Shown piece by piece: positions 1 to 13,821 of a DNA stretch of 64,000 bases (the stretch's first letter is position 1; every line of letters begins with the position of its first letter). The notes beneath the pieces are model-generated. The model was not told the origin of the DNA. It made no database searches and saw nothing but the letters and a program-made list of their open reading frames with translations. Location of the stretch: NCBI RefSeq assembly GCF_001194135.2, contig NC_068986.1, positions 22,928,782 through 22,992,781 on the forward strand, read 5' to 3'. The translations under genes were made by a program, and so were the position numbers. Source of the DNA: Octopus bimaculoides (lineage: Eukaryota).

Positions 1-121
1 ATGAACAGGTTACAATCACTTTGTATGTCTTTAACTCGTTCACTATCCCTCCAAACCTATGTCTGTAGCTGACATGCTTCTTTTACTCATTAAAGCAATT
101 AACGTTTTAATTTTATTTTAG

Positions 122-337
122 GGTGATGCTGGCGCTCCAGGATTTGATGGTGAAGTAGGACGACCTGGACGTACTGGTCATCAAGGTGAACCAGGTCTTC
201 CCGGACCTCCTGGCCCTAAACCAGAGAAAGGTGCTCGCGGAGAACCTGGATCTGCTGGTGACCCTGGACAGCCCGGTGCCCCTGGTGATAGAGGAGGCCC
301 TGGACTTCAAGGTGAACAAGGTCTTCCTGGACTTCCC
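122..337 (+). CDS. Collagen exon a (216 bp): GDAGAPGFD...GPK-PEK-GAR...GLPGLP
   Basis: AG at 120-121, GTAAGT at 338; 24 triplets, one with Pro at the Gly position. Confidence 0.95.
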
Positions 338-2368
338 GTAAGTTTATAAACGAAACTTTTATTCCAATCAATTTTTCTTTTATACAAAAGCTCTTCAGCA
401 TTAAATTAAGATTCTCTACTTGAAATCCTGCAACAGAAATAAAAAGATACATACATTTTCTCATGTATTGCATCATTTTATAGAGATTTGGCTTGGAATA
501 CCGGTCTAACCTTTCGTTTTTTAATTGTATTTAGGGACCTATTGGACCAGCTGGACCCAAAGGACCCGCAGGTGATCGTGGAATAAAGGTGAGTATTTTA
601 CATATCAATTACATGCTATATATACATTTTGATTCTTGTACGGTATTGCAGTGTCTGTGACAGTAAGGTGACGATCTTCTTAACTGAAAGATTAGCAGTT
701 TGTATCACATCTCACGTACAACGTTGAGCAAGACACTTAGTTCTTCTGCTTAGTTTAGCTATTTCTTACTCTATAACCGTCGGGCAGTGTGTTCTTGAGC
801 AAGACACTTTATTTCACACTGCTCCAGTTCACTCAGCTGTAGAAACGAGTTGCGATGTCACTGGTGCCAAACTGTATCGGCTTTGTCTTCCCCTTGGGTA
901 ACATCGGTGGCGTTGAGAGGGGTGTCTGGTAAGCATGGGCAACTGCTGGTCTTCTATAGTAACCTTGCCCGGACTTGTGCTCGGAGGGTAACTTCCTAGG
1001 TGCAACTCTATGGTCATTTATGACCGAAGGGGATCTTTAAACACTTTATACAGTGTAAGCAGTAGGAGCATTGAATAAATTCCGGTCACTTGGTTAGCTA
1101 ACCGTACGTAACTTCGTAGGTTTCGATTTATATATGATATGCCATGCTAATCTGCTCGAAACACATTTCATAAATATGTTTGAGTCATTGTCAAATCAAT
1201 ACCACATTGAGTTCATACAGATTTATAACGAAGGCACAAAACTTATGTTTAAAATATAGAATTTTCTTTTCGTTTTCGACCAAGTCTTTCAGTTAAGTAT
1301 TTAGTTATATCTCGTCGTATTTGATTGGTTAAGCGGCAATATAATTCCATTCGAGAATGCCCATATTTATGTATTAAACCTATACTAGCAAATCAACAAC
1401 GAAGCTCCTATATGGTCGTTTGAACTGTTAGAAATGGCTGCCAAATCACACCTGAGCATATTAAAAATACTCACACATATTGAACACACTGAGGTTAAAT
1501 ATAACATATCTAAAAAAAAAACAAAAAACAAAAAAAACGAAAGGAAAAAGGGTGGAGGACTGACGGAATCGTTGGAGTGTCGGAAAAAATGTTCTGTGAT
1601 ATTTGTCTCGGCTCCTTTATCTTCTGAGCTAAAATCCCTCTGATTTAACTGATATCACACTTCCCTTAATTTCGTAGACTTGTGCTTTGCTCGATGTTTT
1701 TGCTGTTATAATAATTAATATTATATGTTCTATTATTTGACAGGGAGAAGTCGGTGGTGTTGGACCTCAAGGTAACCCAGGTCGTACCGGACTTCCCGTA
1801 AGTAAAACCATTTAATGCATTCGTTGTTACTGTGGTAATTATTAAGCGATCGTGACTGAATATAGACATAGTTATATCTAATCTTCTATGCATAAACCGA
1901 GAGATATGAACGCATACAGACATCAGTACACAGATAAACGATACATACAAATATTGTATACATACATAGACCAATGAGAGAATCTCTAAGTGAAAGCTCG
2001 ATCTGTTAGATTGAGAACCTAAGTCTACACTAAATCACACCATACCCGCTGAAATAAACGAAGGTCTCATTGAATAATATATTACATATACTATGTTGAA
2101 AAATTAAAATGGATGGTCTCGGGTAGAATATTTTTGATCAAAGATCTGCTCAAGATGAGCTGATTTGGGACGAAAAAAGAACAATGACAGATTACGAAGG
2201 CCAGATTATTTTGTTCGAACATGAGAGAAGTATTTTCTCCTTCAATAAGCGAAAATTTATCCTTTAAAAATGGCGGTTATTTTGTAATGTCGTCGCAACA
2301 AAATATTTCATTTCCTTTGGGGTTTTTGTGCGTGTTTCTTTGATTTCTTTCTCCTTCACCCCCCTCTT

Positions 2369-2417
<49 letters not shown>

Positions 2418-2915
2418 CTCATTAGAAAACTGGGGTTACCCTATATTCAGAAGCCGTATTAAATTCGAACATATACGGTTGCAAAAACAAACCACACACA
2501 GACATACTAATGTTGTTTCAAATATGCAAAACATATGACACCACATGTGCACATACACATCCATATCTAATTAATTATTCATGCATATCTATATCTACCA
2601 TAATAACTAATAAAATTTTTTATAACTAAAATTTACTAGGGCCCTGATGGAATTCGTGGAAAGCGTGGACAACGTGGTGAAGCCGGTCTTGCTGGAATCC
2701 CCGGAGAGCCTGGAGCTAGTGGTCTTCCCGGACTTCAAGGTCCCCCTGGTCCTGCTGGAAGCCCTGGAGAAACTGGTGTTCCTGGAGAAATCGGAATTAA
2801 GGTAAATATGTTTGTCAGATCGATAGCAACTCGTTTGAAGGTCGTAATTCTTTATGTATCAACGTGACAAATTTATACATACATGCTCACAGTCAATCAC
2901 ACACACACACATACA

Positions 2916-2953
<38 letters not shown>

Positions 2954-4934
2954 TACATATTTATTCTTATTTCTACTTCACTTACGTTTACAGTCGAAGT
3001 TAGTTATAAAGATTCTATTTTTATAAAACGATTTACATAAAATGCAAGGTAATTAGCTACACACTTGTAAATTGCAATCTATGATTTACTAAGGTTTCCG
3101 TTCTTTGTAATCCAGGGTTCACGAGGAGAACAGGGATATGCTGGACGCAACGGTGATGTCGGACCTCAAGGTTTCCCCGGTATTCCCGGACANNNNNNNN
3201 NNNNNNNNNNNNNNNNNNNNNNNNNNNNNNNNNNNNNNNNNNNNNNNNNNNNNNNNNNNNNNNNNNNNNNNNNNNNNNNNNNNNNNNNNNNNNNNNNNNN
3301 NNNNNNNNNNNNNNNNNNNNNNNNNNNNNNNNNNNNNNNNNNNNNNNNNNNNNNNNNNNNNNNNNNNNNNNNNNNNNNNNNNNNNNNNNNNNNNNNNNNN
3401 NNNNNNNNNNNNNNNNNNNNNNNNNNNNNNNNNNNNNNNNNNNNNNNNNNNNNNNNNNNNNNNNNNNNNNNNNNNNNNNNNNNNNNNNNNNNNNNNNNNN
3501 NNNNNNNNNNNNNNNNNNNNNNNNNNNNNNNNNNNNNNNNNNNNNNNNNNNNNNNNNNNNNNNNNNNNNNNNNNNNNNNNNNNNNNNNNNNNNNNNNNNN
3601 NNNNNNNNNNNNNNNNNNNNNNNNNNNNNNNNNNNNNNNNNNNNNNNNNNNNNNNNNNNNNNNNNNNNNNNNNNNNNNNNNNNNNNNNNNNNNNNNNNNN
3701 NNNNNNNNNNNNNNNNNNNNNNNNNNNNNNNNNNNNNNNNNNNNNNNNNNNNNNNNNNNNNNNNNNNNNNNNNNNNNNNNNNNNNNNNNNNNNNNNNNNN
3801 NNNNNNNNNNNNNNNNNNNNNNNNNNNNNNNNNNNNNNNNNNNNNNNNNNNNNNNNNNNNNNNNNNNNNNNNNNNNNNNNNNNNNNNNNNNNNNNNNNNN
3901 NNNNNNNNNNNNNNNNNNNNNNNNNNNNNNNNNNNNNNNNNNNNNNNNNNNNNNNNNNNNNNNNNNNNNNNNNNNNNNNNNNNNNNNNNNNNNNNNNNNN
4001 NNNNNNNNNNNNNNNNNNNNNNNNNNNNNNNNNNNNNNNNNNNNNNNNNNNNNNNNNNNNNNNNNNNNNNNNNNNNNNNNNNNNNNNNNNNNNNNNNNNN
4101 NNNNNNNNNNNNNNNNNNNNNNNNNNNNNNNNNNNNNNNNNNNNCTTCAAGCCTTCTGCCTATAGTAGAAAGGATTATTATTATTGTTGTTATTGTTGTT
4201 ATTATCTAAGGCGGTGAGTTCGCAGAATCATTAGCACTCCGCTCAAAATTCTTAGTAGCACAGGGGTTGATGCAAACCTACACCTCCCTCTAAATTGCTT
4301 GCCTTATGCTAAAAATTGACTCCATATTTAAGGTGATAGGCCAGCGGTATCTATTAAGCGTCGGGGAAAAAAAAAGGCTTGGCTGTATTTACTCTAGCTC
4401 TTTAAGTTCCGATCCGAGTTCAAATCCTACATGGGTTAACTTTGCCCTTCTTCCTTCCGGTGCCAATAGAATAAAGTGCCATTTAAAACTTAATAGACTA
4501 ACTCCACTCCCAATTCTTAGCCTAGAGTCCATGTTAAGAAGACTACGTATTTTTCTATATTCCTATTATCCCGTCTCACGACTTGTGATTTTCATTTTCT
4601 TAGGGAAACGTAGGCCCACTCGGACCAGCAGGACGTCAAGGTGAACGTGGTCTTCCAGGTATTCCCGGAGTACAGGGAGAACGTGGACCTAAGGGACCAC
4701 TTGGACCTCACGTATGTGTTCCTAACTTCTTTATCGTAACCAGAAAAAATATATATTCATATGTATTCGAAGAATGCAAGTAATGCAAACCATTAATTGA
4801 AACGATTATAACGAGTACTATGACATCCGTCTTTCTTTCGTTCCTTCCTTGTTTGTTTGTTTGTTTGTTTCTTTCTTTCTTTCTTTCTTCTTTCTGTTAT
4901 GTATTGGAATATATATGTATGAATGTATATATAT

Positions 4935-4976
<42 letters not shown>

Positions 4977-4983
4977 ATATATT

Positions 4984-5014
<31 letters not shown>

Positions 5015-6049
5015 GTATATATATATATATTTATATGTATATATATATANNNNNNNNNNNNNNNNNNNNNNNNNNNNNNNNNNNNNNNNNNNNNNNNNNN
5101 NNNNNNNNNNNNNNNNNNNNNNNNNNNNNNNNNNNNNNNNNNNNNNNNNNNNNNNNNNNNNNNNNNNNNNNNNNNNNNNNNNNNNNNNNNNNNNNNNNNN
5201 NNNNNNNNNNNNNNNNNNNNNNNNNNNNNNNNNNNNNNNNNNNNNNNNNNNNNNNNNNNNNNNNNNNNNNNNNNNNNNNNNNNNNNNNNNNNNNNNNNNN
5301 NNNNNNNNNNNNNNNNNNNNNNNNNNNNNNNNNNNNNNNNNNNNNNNNNNNNNNNNNNNNNNNNNNNNNNNNNNNNNNNNNNNNNNNNNNNNNNNNNNNN
5401 NNNNNNNNNNNNNNNNNNNNNNNNNNNNNNNNNNNNNNNNNNNNNNNNNNNNNNNNNNNNNNNNNNNNNNNNNNNNNNNNNNNNNNNNNNNNNNNNNNNN
5501 NNNNNNNNNNNNNNNNNNNNNNNNNNNNNNNNNNNNNNNNNNNNNNNNNNNNNNNNNNNNNNNNNNNNNNNNNNNNNNNNNNNNNNNNNNNNNNNNNNNN
5601 NNNNNNNNNNNNNNNNNNNNNNNNNNNNNNNNNNNNNNNNNNNNNNNNNNNNNNNNNNNNNNNNNNNNNNNNNNNNNNNNNNNNNNNNNNNNNNNNNNNN
5701 NNNNNNNNNNNNNNNNNNNNNNNNNNNNNNNNNNNNNNNNNNNNNNNNNNNNNNNNNNNNNNNNNNNNNNNNNNNNNNNNNNNNNNNNNNNNNNNNNNNN
5801 NNNNNNNNNNNNNNNNNNNNNNNNNNNNNNNNNNNNNNNNNNNNNNNNNNNNNNNNNNTATAATAATATTAATCCACTTTTGACATTTTCAGCGTCATTA
5901 ATCATAGTAATACATTTATCATAACTATAAGAATAATTTAATCGTAAATTTTAATGTTTATGATAAAAATAAGAGAATTGTAGGTGTTTTCTTTTTTTAA
6001 TAACTTTATACCTACCTTTGTACCACCATGTATATATGCGCGCGCGCGC

Positions 6050-6087
<38 letters not shown>

Positions 6088-9066
6088 TTATGCATATACA
6101 TATATATATATATATACATGCATATCCAAATACTCTCGGATGTATGTATGTAAAGTGTGATGCAACCAATCTACTTATTTCACGCGGATGAGTGAATGTG
6201 GATGTTTGTGTTCGCTTGATGATGATGATGATGAAAGACATGCATTGATAACTGTAGTACGATGTTTCCACTAACCACAAAGAATTACTCACAGTGATAC
6301 TTTATTTGTCTTCTAAGGGAGATCCCGGAGATCCTGGACAAGCTGGACGTGATGGAAACCAAGGCCCACAAGGTTTGTCTGGACCACCAGGAACACCTGG
6401 TATCCCTGGAGAAGCCGGACAAGTAGTAAGTTCAAAGTTGGATAAATATTTTGATAACGCAATTCTCATCACAGAAACAAGTAACAAAAAAAAAGAAAAA
6501 GAAGAGAAAAATATAAAGCTAATTGGTTGGTTAACTTCGTACCTGATAGAATTTATAAAAATAGTTTTAAGAATTTTACTACACTCAATACAAGTACCAG
6601 CACATTACGTCATTCGCTACGCACGAACACATATTACATACATACGTACATACATACGTTAAATGCATCATACATACATACTGCAGTTACTCTATCCAGA
6701 TTACAAGTTCAGGTTTATACCTGTAATTATTGGGGCTCTGGGATATGTAACACACTGACTAAATACCAATCTTCAGAAATTAGGTTTCTCAAAACCAGAA
6801 ACGAGAAAGCTAATTCGAAGACTACAGATCCAATCCATCACTGGAACTGTAAAAATCTGTAAAACTTTCCAGAAGTTTATAATTTAAATATATATGAGCA
6901 TGTCTAGATATGTAATTATATGCACGAGAGCACATACATAAAACATATAAATCTGTACATACATACATACATACATACATACAAACAAGCAAAAGTACCC
7001 TGTTGTTGATGTTGAAATTACAATGAACCTTGGATCTAGGTTAGAAACCGGTTCTTTCTCTATTGGCCGGAAATCTTGAAATAAACTGAACAATGACATA
7101 CATACATACATACATACATACATACATACATGTATAATTAACGTAATCTAATTCGAACCTTGTAAAGTGACTAATATTGTTAATCACATCTTTTTATATT
7201 CATAGGGTAATCCTGGACCTGATGGTGAGATCGGTATTAGCGGTCGACCTGGAGAACAAGGACCTTCTGGTGAGTCTGGAGCAGTTGGCAGACCCGGCAC
7301 TGTAGGACTGCCTGTAAGTAATATGTCTGCATATATGTGCTGTTTGTTTTCTATTACAATTTCTGAAGCTAAACTCTCAAATGGTTCAGTCCATCTTGCT
7401 GAACAGAGGAACGGCTAGGTAGTTATACCAAGATTTAATTCATTCACTATTTAGGCCCTTCTTAATGATTTAAAGGAATTCTATCATGATAGAGGCACGC
7501 CACAGCTAACGTTTTCATCGTCCACAACATCACCTTTCATCCTCAGTAACTACTACACTTGTGTGTAGCATTAGAAATTTCTATTTTTTTAAAAATGAAA
7601 TACGCTGCCCTTATTTGAATTAATTGTGAAAAATCCCGCCTCTTACAATATAGAAACATTGCTCATGGTTCCGGCAGACAAAATGAAAACAACGTTGCCC
7701 CGGAGAATGGCACAGCAGTTAACTTAATTGTTGACAATTTGTTCATTAGCATGTTGCTGTAAATTTGTGAGGCATATGGTCTGGCGAACTGACGTGCCTT
7801 AGATATTAGAATTATCAGATAAATTCGTTCTGTGTTTTTTCTCCCTCTAATTGACACTCCATCATCATATGTCTGGAGAAAAGGTAAAATTTATTCAAAT
7901 TTCAAAAACGATAAACAAAAGTTGTATTTGTAATGAAAAGAAGGATAAAAAATATTTACAGGCGATTCGAAGAAATATAAATAAATATATATATCTTCTC
8001 GAATAGCTGATGTAAAATGAAATAAACAATTTCTAGTTTGGGTTAATGGAAAAGAAAGAAAGAAAGAAATGAATAAATAAATGAATAAAAAGAGAGATTT
8101 TTAGATAATGGGTTAAATAAAAAAGGAGAAAAACGAGAATAAAAATAAATTGCATTGTGTTTATCAAAGCAATAATATGGTTCATTTTTTTATTGTAGGG
8201 ACCCCAAGGGGCACCAGGATCCGCTGGACCAAGTGGAATTAGAGGAGAGAAGGTATGTAAAATTTATTTTGATATTGTTTTGCTTCTTAATTTAAGATGT
8301 TTTCTTAATGACTTCGATAAGTTTATTTCATAGTCAAAAAAATATTAAGTGATTTCTTATGTGCTGTAAACAATTTACCATTTCTTTGATGCCCCCTTCG
8401 CTTGATGTCCTAAGCACGTGCTTATTTCGCTTAATGGTTAATCCAGCGCTGGTCACTGTGCTATGAAGAGGTACCACAAGATCAAATAAGGACTCACCGT
8501 TCTGAGAAATATTCTAGTATTATCAAAAACAAAATAACAGAGGGATATTCTTAGTATACTTTGAACAATAGTGGATTGGAAGAAACTTTAAAGCACCAGG
8601 ACAAATGCTTTGAGTACATACATCCCTCTTTCTTCAGATTTCAAACATCAGTATTGGTTTACTGGGGTAACTTCAGTCAACTTAACCCCAATTTCTACAA
8701 GACCTGCATATATATTTCTATTTCTTTCTTTCTTATACCAATGTAGTAAATTATTTTTAATAAAATGTACTTATGATATCGTTTCTATTATAGGGAGACA
8801 TTGGACCCACTGGACCAGCTGGACTTGCCGGAGCTAGAGGAGCTCCCGTAAGTAGTTTTGGATATACATATAACACGGAATTTATTTCACTGTACAATAA
8901 AAATAAACGTGATATTTCGTTATCAATAATGACGACAACGACGCAAATGATGATGATTATGTAAAAGCTACTTGAGGATTTTCTACTCTCAGAAGGAGAA
9001 AAGATATAGAAAGATAGATAAATCAATAGATAGATAGATAGACAAATGAATAAATGGAGAGAGAGT

Positions 9067-9126
<60 letters not shown>

Positions 9127-9787
9127 GGACATTAACATAGCTAAAAGAAGAAAAAAAAGTAGATCGAGTTATCGTCTGCTTGTACGACCGTCTGTATCTC
9201 TGAGAATAGCGAAAGAAATCGTTTCATTTTTATTTCTATAAGATGGCGACCAGCAGTCTCCCGTACCGACCACAACCATTAGCAACTCCTTATCGTTTTG
9301 TGATGAGGAGGAAAGATGGCAAAAACAAAATTTAGATAAAGGAAGAACCTCCAAGAAGGAAGTGTATTTCAAGAGAAGCAGAGTAGAAAATGCGCAGAAG
9401 CGTCCATGTCGCCCCGGAAACGCATAAAGTTTGCAGTGTTTCGGACAACGAACAACCGACTTATGAACTTTTTTAACCGACCTGCAAGGAAATTAAAAAA
9501 TAAATAAATAAATAAATACAAATAAAAAATTAAGTGCAAAGCTTAAATCTCAGTACGCACGCGCACACATATATGCAACATCCATTAATACACTCGTTCG
9601 TGTATGTATCTATGCGTATATCTACATATGTACTCTTTTCATTGTAGGGACCTGCCGGAATTGTCGGAGTCGATGGACCTCGTGGACCATCTGGTTTGAA
9701 AGTAAGTGTTTCTATTTACAATAACATTTAATTATTCATCTTACAACAACTTGTTTTCATTCACACAAAGTAGGTTTTATGACTCTG

Positions 9788-9820
<33 letters not shown>

Positions 9821-10540
9821 GAAAATGTGTGAAATCCTTGGTACTGTTAGGTATATTTGAAAAAGGAAAAGAATGACTTCACTGGTAGGTCTAATCAATT
9901 TAATTTTCTAATAATATAAATTTACAGTTTTGTCTTTAGATCTAGTAAGTTTTTTGATAGGTGAGGAGATATTTTAACAACGAATCTTTAAAAAATCTTT
10001 TCACTAAAGTTAACAAAGAACTTACTAGATCTAAAAACCAAACTGTAAAATTATATTATTAGAAAATTAAATTGATCAGCACTATCAGAAAGGCATTCTT
10101 TTCTTTTTACACNNNNNNNNNNNNNNNNNNNNNNNNNNNNNNNNNNNNNNNNNNNNNNNNNNNNNNNNNNNNNNNNNNNNNNNNNNNNNNNNNNNNNNNN
10201 NNNNNNNNNNNNNNNNNNNNNNNNNNNNNNNNNNNNNNNNNNNNNNNNNNNNNNNNNNNNNNNNNNNNNNNNNNNNNNNNNNNNNNNNNNNNNNNNNNNN
10301 NNNNNNNNNNNNNNNNNNNNNNNNNNNNNNNNNNNNNNNNNNNNNNNNNNNNNNNNNNNNNNNNNNNNNNNNNNNNNNNNNNNNNNNNNNNNNNNNNNNN
10401 NNNNNNNNNNNNNNNNNNNNNNNNNNNNNNNNNNNNNNNNNNNNNNNNNNNNNNNNNNNNNNNNNNNNNNNNNNNNNNNNNNNNNNNNNNNNNNNNNNNN
10501 NNNNNNNNNNNNNNNNNNNNNNNNNNNNNNNNNNNNNNNN

Positions 10541-10609
<69 letters not shown>

Positions 10610-10949
10610 GTGTGTGTGTGTACATACATGCATAAGCACACGCACAGCCACACAGACACACACACACACATATATATGTATATATTTATATGTGTGTGTC
10701 TCTGTCTGTGTTTGTACTCCACGACTGCTTGACAACCGGCGTTGTTGTGCTTACGTCACTGTGACCTAGCGGTTCGGCAAAAGAAACCAATATAATAAGT
10801 ACTAGGGTTAAAAAAAAATAAGGCCTGAGGTTGATTTATTCGACTAAAACCCATCGAAGCGGTGCGACAACATGGCCGCAGTCAAATGATTGAAATAAGT
10901 AAAAGATAAAAGATATATGTATATATGTGTTTATACAAATTTTGTATGT

Positions 10950-10981
<32 letters not shown>

Positions 10982-12356
10982 ACAATTTAGTTCATACATT
11001 CTTAATTTATTGAATTAATCACCATTTAATTAATTTTCTATTTTAGGGTTCCAAAGGACACCGTGGATTTACTGGTCTTTCAGGTTTACCTGGCGCTAAG
11101 GTGAGTGTTTCGAAAACTAATCCACAAATAATAGCTTAACTTCTATATCAAGAAATATGAAGCGGTAACACACCTGTTATTGGGTAATTAGTTGCCATAT
11201 TCTTTTAACTCTTGAACCGGTAAATCAGTTACGAGTCAGGTGTTGGCTTTGTATATTAAGTGATACGCTGCAGGATCGTGGAAAGTCTCCGAAGATTCGA
11301 TTGCCAGTTGTAAATGTCTCATTTTATTTATGTGGTAAAAGCCACTTTCAACGGCACGACAGTGCAGCCTCTCTCGTAACACGTTTATGGATTTCTGCTT
11401 TGTTAAAAGAATAAACATTCCTTCGTTTCCTTTTCTTTACTATTTTCCTTTTCCTGTTAAAATGAACGTGTTTATATCCGTATGCATGACTTCTTAAGAG
11501 TCTATACTACAAGTTCTCAAAGTGGGCGCTACCGCCATCCCCCGGCGGGCGTTGAGACGGTCCAGGTGGGCGCTGGTGCCTAAGGGGGTGGTGGGGTTGG
11601 GGGCAGTAGAGAAAAAGGCGTTGAGAGAAAGGCAATGAACTGGGGGACGCTATGAATTTATCATAATATCAATATAGTATTGTATACAAATTATATAATA
11701 TATTAAATATCAAATGATTCATAGTAGATATAAATTAGTAAAATATAAAATATTTATTCATACATAAAAATAGGGGTGGGACGCTGCGGGTATTATGTGG
11801 CCATGAGGGGGGCGGTGGCCCAAAAAGCTTGAGAACCTCTGGTCTATACCGATGGTTCTCAACCGGGGGTCCATATGGCCCTTCGGTTAAGATTCATCTG
11901 CAATATATTGACCATACCTGTACAATACACAAAATATTTTAATAACTCTTTTTTATACAATTTCTAATAAAATTTAATTATGAAAAATATAATAGGACTT
12001 TTTAAGCATTGAATGGATTGAGGGTCCACACGAGTAAACTAGGAATCAAAGGGATCTATAGGTAAAAAAAATGTTTGAGAAACAATGGTCTAGACCAGTG
12101 GTTCCCAAACTGGGTGGTACTTACCCTGGGGACTTGAAGAAAAATGGGGGTAGCCAAAATAAAAGGGCGATGGATGTAAAAACAAAATAATGGGTTAATT
12201 AGGTTAAGTTTTATTTGTGAAATACAGTTGTTTTGAATTTGCTTAGTGGTCTACGTTTCTGGTGGTGAACGGAGATGGGGGCGCTAAGAATGTGACCCAA
12301 ATGTCAAGGGAGCGACAGCCCGAAAAAGTTTGAGAACTACTGGTCTATACAAATGC

Positions 12357-12387
<31 letters not shown>

Positions 12388-13745
12388 ACTTTGTAAAACT
12401 ACTCATGAAAATATAAGTATTTATTGTAACAGTGTTTCTTTTTGGTTTTTCCCCCTATAGGGAAATGATGGAGAGATCGGTACTCCAGGACCACCAGGAC
12501 CTCCTGGACCCATGGTAAGTATTTGTTGTAAATTAAAAAAATATTTCCTGTAATTCTTAAATTTTTTTTTTTCATGTATATTTCTGAAGATCATGAGCAG
12601 TGCTGGTTAAGATCAAAGTTGTAAATGATGCTAAGAAATAGTTTTGTTAACTTTTTTTGTAATAATAATGTATTGTATTGCTGTTTATTAACTACCATTA
12701 GAAACGTTAAATATATTGCGTTTAGTTATTGCCTCATAACTACTTCCTTTACCTAGTTTTGAAAATTCAAACCAGGAAAGAATCTTTTATGTAATCACTT
12801 GATTTGCTAGAAATAGGATCTAACGGCTTAAAAAGGAACCCACTTCAAAATGTAATCCTAATATACTGTAGCTGAAAAGAAGAAAAATGAGGTGTTCACA
12901 ACTTGGAAACCTTTGATATTAGCAGAGGTCAATCAGTACTGACCTGAAACTGAACAACACTTATATATATTCTACACTGGTAGAAATGGATGTGGTAGTA
13001 AAGTACTGAGTTAAGGAGAAAAACAATGTTTAATTTTGTCAAACTTTCGTCTTGAGTTCAAATCAGGTTTCAAGGTCTCATCACTCGAGGTTTAATACAA
13101 TGCCAGTAGCTTGCTAGTATCTATGAAAATTGACAATAGTCTTTTCTCCTTAGTCTTGAGACTAAGAGAAAAAAATTATCCAAAAGATACTCTAATGCTT
13201 AAGTGACAAATATTCTAGAGTCCTACTAATCTTTCAATGTGTCGAATCTATGGCTTCAAGTTCGATTCTTGGAGAGTTTCACGTTACTTATGTCGTTAGT
13301 GTACACACAAAACAGACAAGACTAGTAAACAGAATAAAATATTTTACCCAGCAAAATATCACCTACTCATCCGGTCTCGAATTCTTTGTAAATCTAATAT
13401 CTTGCAAAATTTAAACATTTACTCCTTATAAATAGAATGTTTTATAATTTGTAGGGACCTGATGGAACACGTGGACGCCCCGGAAAAGACGGTATTTCTG
13501 GACCACCAGGTGTTAACGGCCGCCCCGTAAGTATTATTGTTTATAACTTTTCAAAAGGCAGTATATGTAATTCATATGATATTCACAGTGGCATATATAG
13601 TGACGATAGTAAATTGTGCATGATAGCATAATAATCTCAATTTACTTTCATTGTAAAAAAATATTCAAGAGTTTGTGATAGAAATATATGAGTGTGTGTG
13701 TGTTTGTGTGTATTTCTACTTTTGCATATAACAATGCGCGTATAA

Positions 13746-13821
<76 letters not shown>

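Noticed and set aside
5050-5858. Possible hidden collagen exons in gaps 5050-5858, 10113-10540 and 16280-17028
   Set aside because: Flanking exons are contiguous in manual register with human alpha1(I), so no missing triplets are needed; cannot be fully excluded for 16280-17028.
9240-9430. AAGATGGCG (YY1-like) motif with short ORFs in a collagen intron
   Set aside because: ORFs are short and unrecognisable; probably a decayed transposon end; no support for function.
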